From Blastocystis sp. Blastoise (Eukaryota > Protista > Bigyra: Opalinata), in contig JBBPEB010000006.1 of assembly GCA_039096225.1 (NCBI GenBank), positions 558,001 through 622,000 of the forward strand: DNA of 64,000 bases, in the 5' to 3' direction. How positions within the stretch are numbered: the stretch's first letter is position 1; the number at the start of each line of letters is the position of its first letter. The position numbers were made by a program, and so were the translations under genes. Below the pieces are notes generated by a model, which saw only the letters and a program-made list of their open reading frames with translations, did not search any database and was not told the DNA's origin. Shown here piece after piece: positions 43,252 to 64,000 of the stretch.

Positions 43252-44608
43252 ATGTCTGAAGAACAAACAGTATACTGTTTTTTTTCATTTTTAAAACTAT
43301 AACTCTTTATAGAAAACTCAAGGGTCGTCTTCTCCGACTATAGTATTTTTCTATTTATTCGTTGATTGTTTTACTTTTTTTTAATTATATAGGATATTAC
43401 TATTCAGGAAGAGAAAAAGGAAGAAAAAAAGACTGGTTATTGTTATGAAGAACAAACAAATTGTTTGACTTGGCCAATGTATTTTTCTTTTTTATTTCTA
43501 TTCATCTTCTATATATATATTACTATTTTTAGGGTCTCCTTCTTAACAAAAATGATTGTTAAAGGTTGGAAGAAGCCATTACAAGGTGAAGATCTTGGTG
43601 AACCTAGTATGCGTGATGATCCCAGTGTTTTATTTGAACGTTTCGAGGAACACTATGTTCATGAATCTGAAAAACCTAAAGAAAAAAGAGGTATTTTTGG
43701 TTCTATTGTTAAAGCTACTGGTTTTGGAAGATGGTATGTATTTTATTATTTATTTTATTTAATAATTTATTTTATTTAATAATTTATTTTATTTTATTAT
43801 TTATTTTATTTATTTTATTTTATTTTAATATTTATTTTATTTTAATATTTATTTTATTTTAATATTTATTTTATTTTATTATTTATTTTATTATATTATT
43901 TATTTTATTTTAATATATATTATATTTTAATATATATTATATTATATATTTTAATATTTATTTTATTTTATCATGAACTATATTTTCTCATATAATATAT
44001 TAATATTCTTTTATTATATAATAACTATAGGTTTTGGTCTTTATTTGGATTTGTTATAACTATTTTCTTAACATTTGTTCCTACTTTAATTTTACAACAA
44101 TTAGTTAGTGATCTAGAATATGAAGGTGAAGGTGTTTATTTAGATGATGCTACTCGTTGGGGTTATTGTGTGTTATTACTTGTTGTTCCTGTTATTTCTG
44201 CTTATATTACTGCTTTATGTAATATGATCATGGCTAGAATTGGTGTTCAAATGAAATCTATGGCTTCTGAAGCTATATATAGAAAAGCATTGAATTTAAC
44301 ATCTACAGCTAAAGGCAATACTTCTACGGGTCAATTAGTAAATATTATGAGTTCAGATACAAATATGTTACAAATGTTCTCTATGTTTTTATTAATAACA
44401 GTAAGTGCTCCAGTATTTATTATTGTTGCTATTGTACTTATTGCTAATATGATTGGATGGTTAACTTGGATTGCTCTTGGTATATTTGTACTTATGATGT
44501 TATGTCAATTATTTATCAGTGGATTTGCTAGAAAATTCAGAATGAAAACAATGCAATATGCTGATGAAAGAATTAAATTATTAAATGAAGTTCTTATGGG
44601 TATATATA

Positions 44609-44642
<34 letters not shown>

Positions 44643-45364
44643 TGCTTTCTATTATTATTATTTTGTTTGTTATTATTATTATATATTATTTTGACTTCAT
44701 TTTTTTATAAAATAATAATAATAACAATGATCTATATAGGTATTCGTGTAATTAAGTATTATTGTTGGGAAAGACCTTTCTTAGGTAAAGTAGATGAAAT
44801 TCGTGAAAAAGAATTAGTTCAAGTTCGTAATATGCATTGGTTAATGACAATTGGTATAGAAATTATTTTACAGATTGTTCCTTATATGGTTCCTTTTGTT
44901 ATTTTTGCTATGTATCCTTCTTCTATGGGTCAGGCACTTACTCCTTCAACTATTTTTACATTATTATCTTTATTTGAAATCTTAAGAGTACCCTTTATGA
45001 TGTTACCTATGTGTATTATGATGTTAATTCAATTTAATGTGTCATTAAAACGTATTAATAACTTCTTATCTTTAGATGAAGTTGATGATTCTCTTGTTAT
45101 CCGTAATTTATTAAAAGAAAGTACTATTGAATATGTGGATGAACAAGGAAATAAACAAATAGTTAAAGATTATAATTCTAATGAAGATGCTATTCTTGTT
45201 GAAGAGGGCTCTTTTGCTTGGGGTGCTGGAGATAATGTCTTAAAAAATATTAATTTAAAGGTATTTATTTATTATTATATTATTATATTATTATATATTA
45301 TATTTTTTAGCATATAGAATTTTTTTATTATTATATATTATATTTTTATTTAAAGTAATCATTC

Positions 45365-45413
<49 letters not shown>

Positions 45414-48185
45414 TAATAATATAATATTTAGGTTAAGAAAGGATCATTAGTAGCAGTAGTAGGTAGAGTAGGAAGTGGTAAGACTTCTTTTGTTTCTGCT
45501 CTTATTGGTGAAATGACAAAGAATAGTGGTTGTTGTATATTAAATGGTTCTGTTTCTTTTGCTTCTCAACAAGCATGGATGGTCAATGATACTGTTCGAG
45601 GTAATGTATTATTTGGTAAAGAATTCGAAGAAGAAAGATATAAACGTGCTTTACATGTATGCTGTATGGAAGATGATTTAAAGGTATTAAAAGGTGGTGA
45701 AATGTGTGAAATTGGTGAACGTGGTATTAATCTTTCTGGTGGTCAAAAAGCTAGAATTGGTTTAGCTCGTTGTGTATATAGTGATACAGATATAGTTATT
45801 ATGGATGATCCTATTGCTGCTGTTGATGCTCATGTTGGTAAATATTTATTTAATAAATGTATTAAAACTGAATTAAATGGAAAAACTCGTATTCTTGTTA
45901 CTAATGCTCTTCAATATTTACCTAAATGTGATTATATTGTATTATTAGGTGATAATACTATAGAAGCTCAAGGTACTTGGGAAGAATTAAAAGCTATGAA
46001 TATTAATATATTAGAAGAAATAGAAGGACATGGAAATCGTTCTAGTGAAGTTACTTCTAGAAGAGGTAGTACTCATACTAATGACACTAAAGGTAAAGAA
46101 GATAATAAAGAGAATGATGATAAGAAAAATAATAGTGAGGGTGGTTTAGTTGAAAAAGAAGAACAAGAATCAGGTTCAATTCCTTTTTCTATTTATAATT
46201 ATTATTTCAAACGATTTAGTTGGGCACTTATTATTATTATGTTATTATGCTTTACTTTTGGACAAATTCTTACTGTTTATTCGAATTTCTGGTTATCTGA
46301 TTGGTCAGCTGATAGTATATGTAAGAATGGTACTTCTACAACTATTATTGATGGTGTTTCTACTGTAATTATTTCAGAAGAATGTCAAGCTTCTACAAAT
46401 AATTATTTATCTATTTATGGTTATATCTTAATAGGTATTTGTGTATTCTATATTATTCGTGCTTGTTGTACTGTTCCTGGTAGAATTAGAGCCAGTTTCC
46501 GTATTCATAAAGATTTAGCTACTGTAATTGTTTCTGCACCCGTTGCTTTCCATGATATTACACCTATTGGTAGAGTATTAAATAGATTTAATAAAGATAT
46601 GGATATGATCGATAATCAATTAGCACAAACTTTATTACAAGTATTGATGCAATTCTTTGTTGTTGTAGGTTATATTGTACAAATCTCTATTACTACTACG
46701 GGTATTATGATTCCTTTATTAGCTGTTATTATTGTTATATTCTATTTCTTACAATCATTCTTCAGACGTGCTAATACGGATGTTCAAAGACTTGAATCTA
46801 TTTCTCGTTCTCCTATATTTGAAGATTTCCAAGCTGTTCTTTCTGGTGCTCCTACTATTCGTGCTTATGGTCATCAAGAACGTTTTATTAAGAAGATTGA
46901 AAATAGAATATTAATTAATAATCATAGACAATTAATATTCCAATATTGTTCTTGTTGGTTAACTTTACGTACAGATATATTAGTTGCTTTTGTTGCTTTC
47001 TTTGTTGTTATTATATCAAATAGTCTAAAAGGTCTTATTACTGCTGGTTTATTAGGTATTGCTTTAAATGCTTCTTATGGATTAGGTGCTACATTAAAAC
47101 AATGGACAAGAGTTATGGCTCAATTAGAAGCTCAAATGAATAGTGTGGAAAGAGTTAAGTATTATATAGATACTGTTGAACCTGAATCAAATATGATACT
47201 AGAGGATCATAGACCTCCTGAAAATTGGCCTACTGAAGGTGCTATTAAATTTGATAACTTTGAAATGAGATATAGAAATGGTCCTAAAGTATTAAAAGGT
47301 GTGAATATGGATATTCATCCTATGGAGAAAGTAGGTGTTGTAGGTAGAACAGGTGCAGGTAAAAGTAGTCTTATGGTAGGTTTATTTAGAATAAGTGAAT
47401 GTTGTGGAGGTGCTATATATATGGATAATATTAAATTAGAAGATATTGGTTTAGAAGATGTTCGTCGTCATTTATGTATTATTCCTCAAGATCCTGTTTT
47501 ATTTAGTGCTTCTGTTCGTTTTAATTTAGATCCTTTTAATGAATCTAGTGATGAAGAGATTTGGAGAGTATTAGAAGAAGTCGAATTAAAAGAAGCTATT
47601 GATGCTTTACCTGGTAAATTAGATGGTGATGTTCATGAAGGAGGTAGTAATTTCTCTGTTGGTCAACGTCAACTTATATGTATGGCTAGAGCTTTATTAA
47701 AGAGACCTAAGGTATTAATTATGGATGAAGCTACTGCTTCTTTAGATAATGAAACTGATGGATTCTTACAAACTATGATTCGTAAACAATTTATTAATTG
47801 TACTGTATTAACTATTGCTCATCGTTTAAATACTATTATGGATAGTGACAGAGTCTGTGTCATGGATCAAGGTATTGTTGCTGAATTTGATACTCCTCTT
47901 AATCTATTAAATAATCCTAATAGTATATTCAGTGGTATGGTAGTAGCTGCTAATGATCCTAATCTTTATACTATGGTTAAAGGATATACTGGTCCTATTC
48001 CTCAAACACAAACAGTAATTAATAATAATAATAATAATAACAATGGTGATAATAATAATAACGATAACAATGGTAATAATAATGAAGATAATAATAGTAA
48101 TAATAATAATAATAATACCCCTAATGAAGATGACACTCCTACTCCAATTCCAGAAGAGAATCATCCTCATTCAAATGATCTCTAA
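43252..48185 (+). CDS. ABCC/MRP-family full ABC transporter (no TMD0)
   Basis: TMD1; NBD1 (GRVGSGKT, LSGGQ, degenerate Walker B IVIMDD); TMD2 (TPIGRVLNRF); NBD2 (GRTGAGKS, FSVGQ, LIMDE, IAHRL); Asn-rich tail; tiny 5' exons. Confidence 0.95.
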
Positions 48186-48574
48186 TTCATATATATATAC
48201 ATATATATAGGCTTTCAAAATTTATCTATACTTTCATATTATTTTTTATATTTATATTGTTATAAATGCATTTATTCTTTCTGTTAATTTTTTTTTCTGT
48301 TTCTTCTGTTTCTTTTCTTTTTTAATTTTTTTGTATTATTATTGTATAGAATGATTATATAAATACTTTCTCAATATTGCTTAAAATAAGAATAAGAATT
48401 TTAGAATTATTACAATTTTATTGTGATAATTATATATATATATCTTTGTAGTTGAAAAACATGTTATTTTTCGTTTGTTTTTTAGTTTTGTTCATTAGAA
48501 TATATAGACTCAACAAATAAAAGTATAATTTACAACTAATTAAATAATTATTTTAATTACATAAAAAAAGAAAA

Positions 48575-64000
<15,426 letters not shown>

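Overview
Eukaryotic, extremely AT-rich, intron-dense nuclear DNA using the standard code. The gene set and style suggest an AT-rich Blastocystis-like stramenopile (inference only). Reconstructed by hand from splice sites, in order: a TLDc pseudogene fragment, an N-acylated copine, two identical tRNA-Arg(TCT) genes forming a 150-bp inverted repeat, a giant Ig-like/jelly-roll/HRM surface protein, CTR9, a short DHHC palmitoyltransferase, a TMEM42-like protein, an MFS transporter, a second giant surface-family protein, a Pho84/PHT1-like transporter, RFC3 head-to-head with TCF25, an ABCC transporter, and the 3' ~15 kb of a giant BLTP1/Csf1/KIAA1109-like gene. Most short ORFs in the track (poly-IY, poly-N/I/L) are intronic microsatellites. 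Main unexplained signals: (1) a GC-rich quasi-palindrome, TTCCCGYGG / ATTCCC-NN-GGGAAT, with 26 strict core copies plus variants in ~14 kb of the BLTP1 gene, in both orientations, all three reading frames and one intron; (2) introns in the same gene that are pure G(TA)nG microsatellites, two of which appear to end in non-AG acceptors; (3) three minor-spliceosome-type introns (two AT-AC, one probable AT-AA), one splitting the catalytic DHHC cysteine codon.
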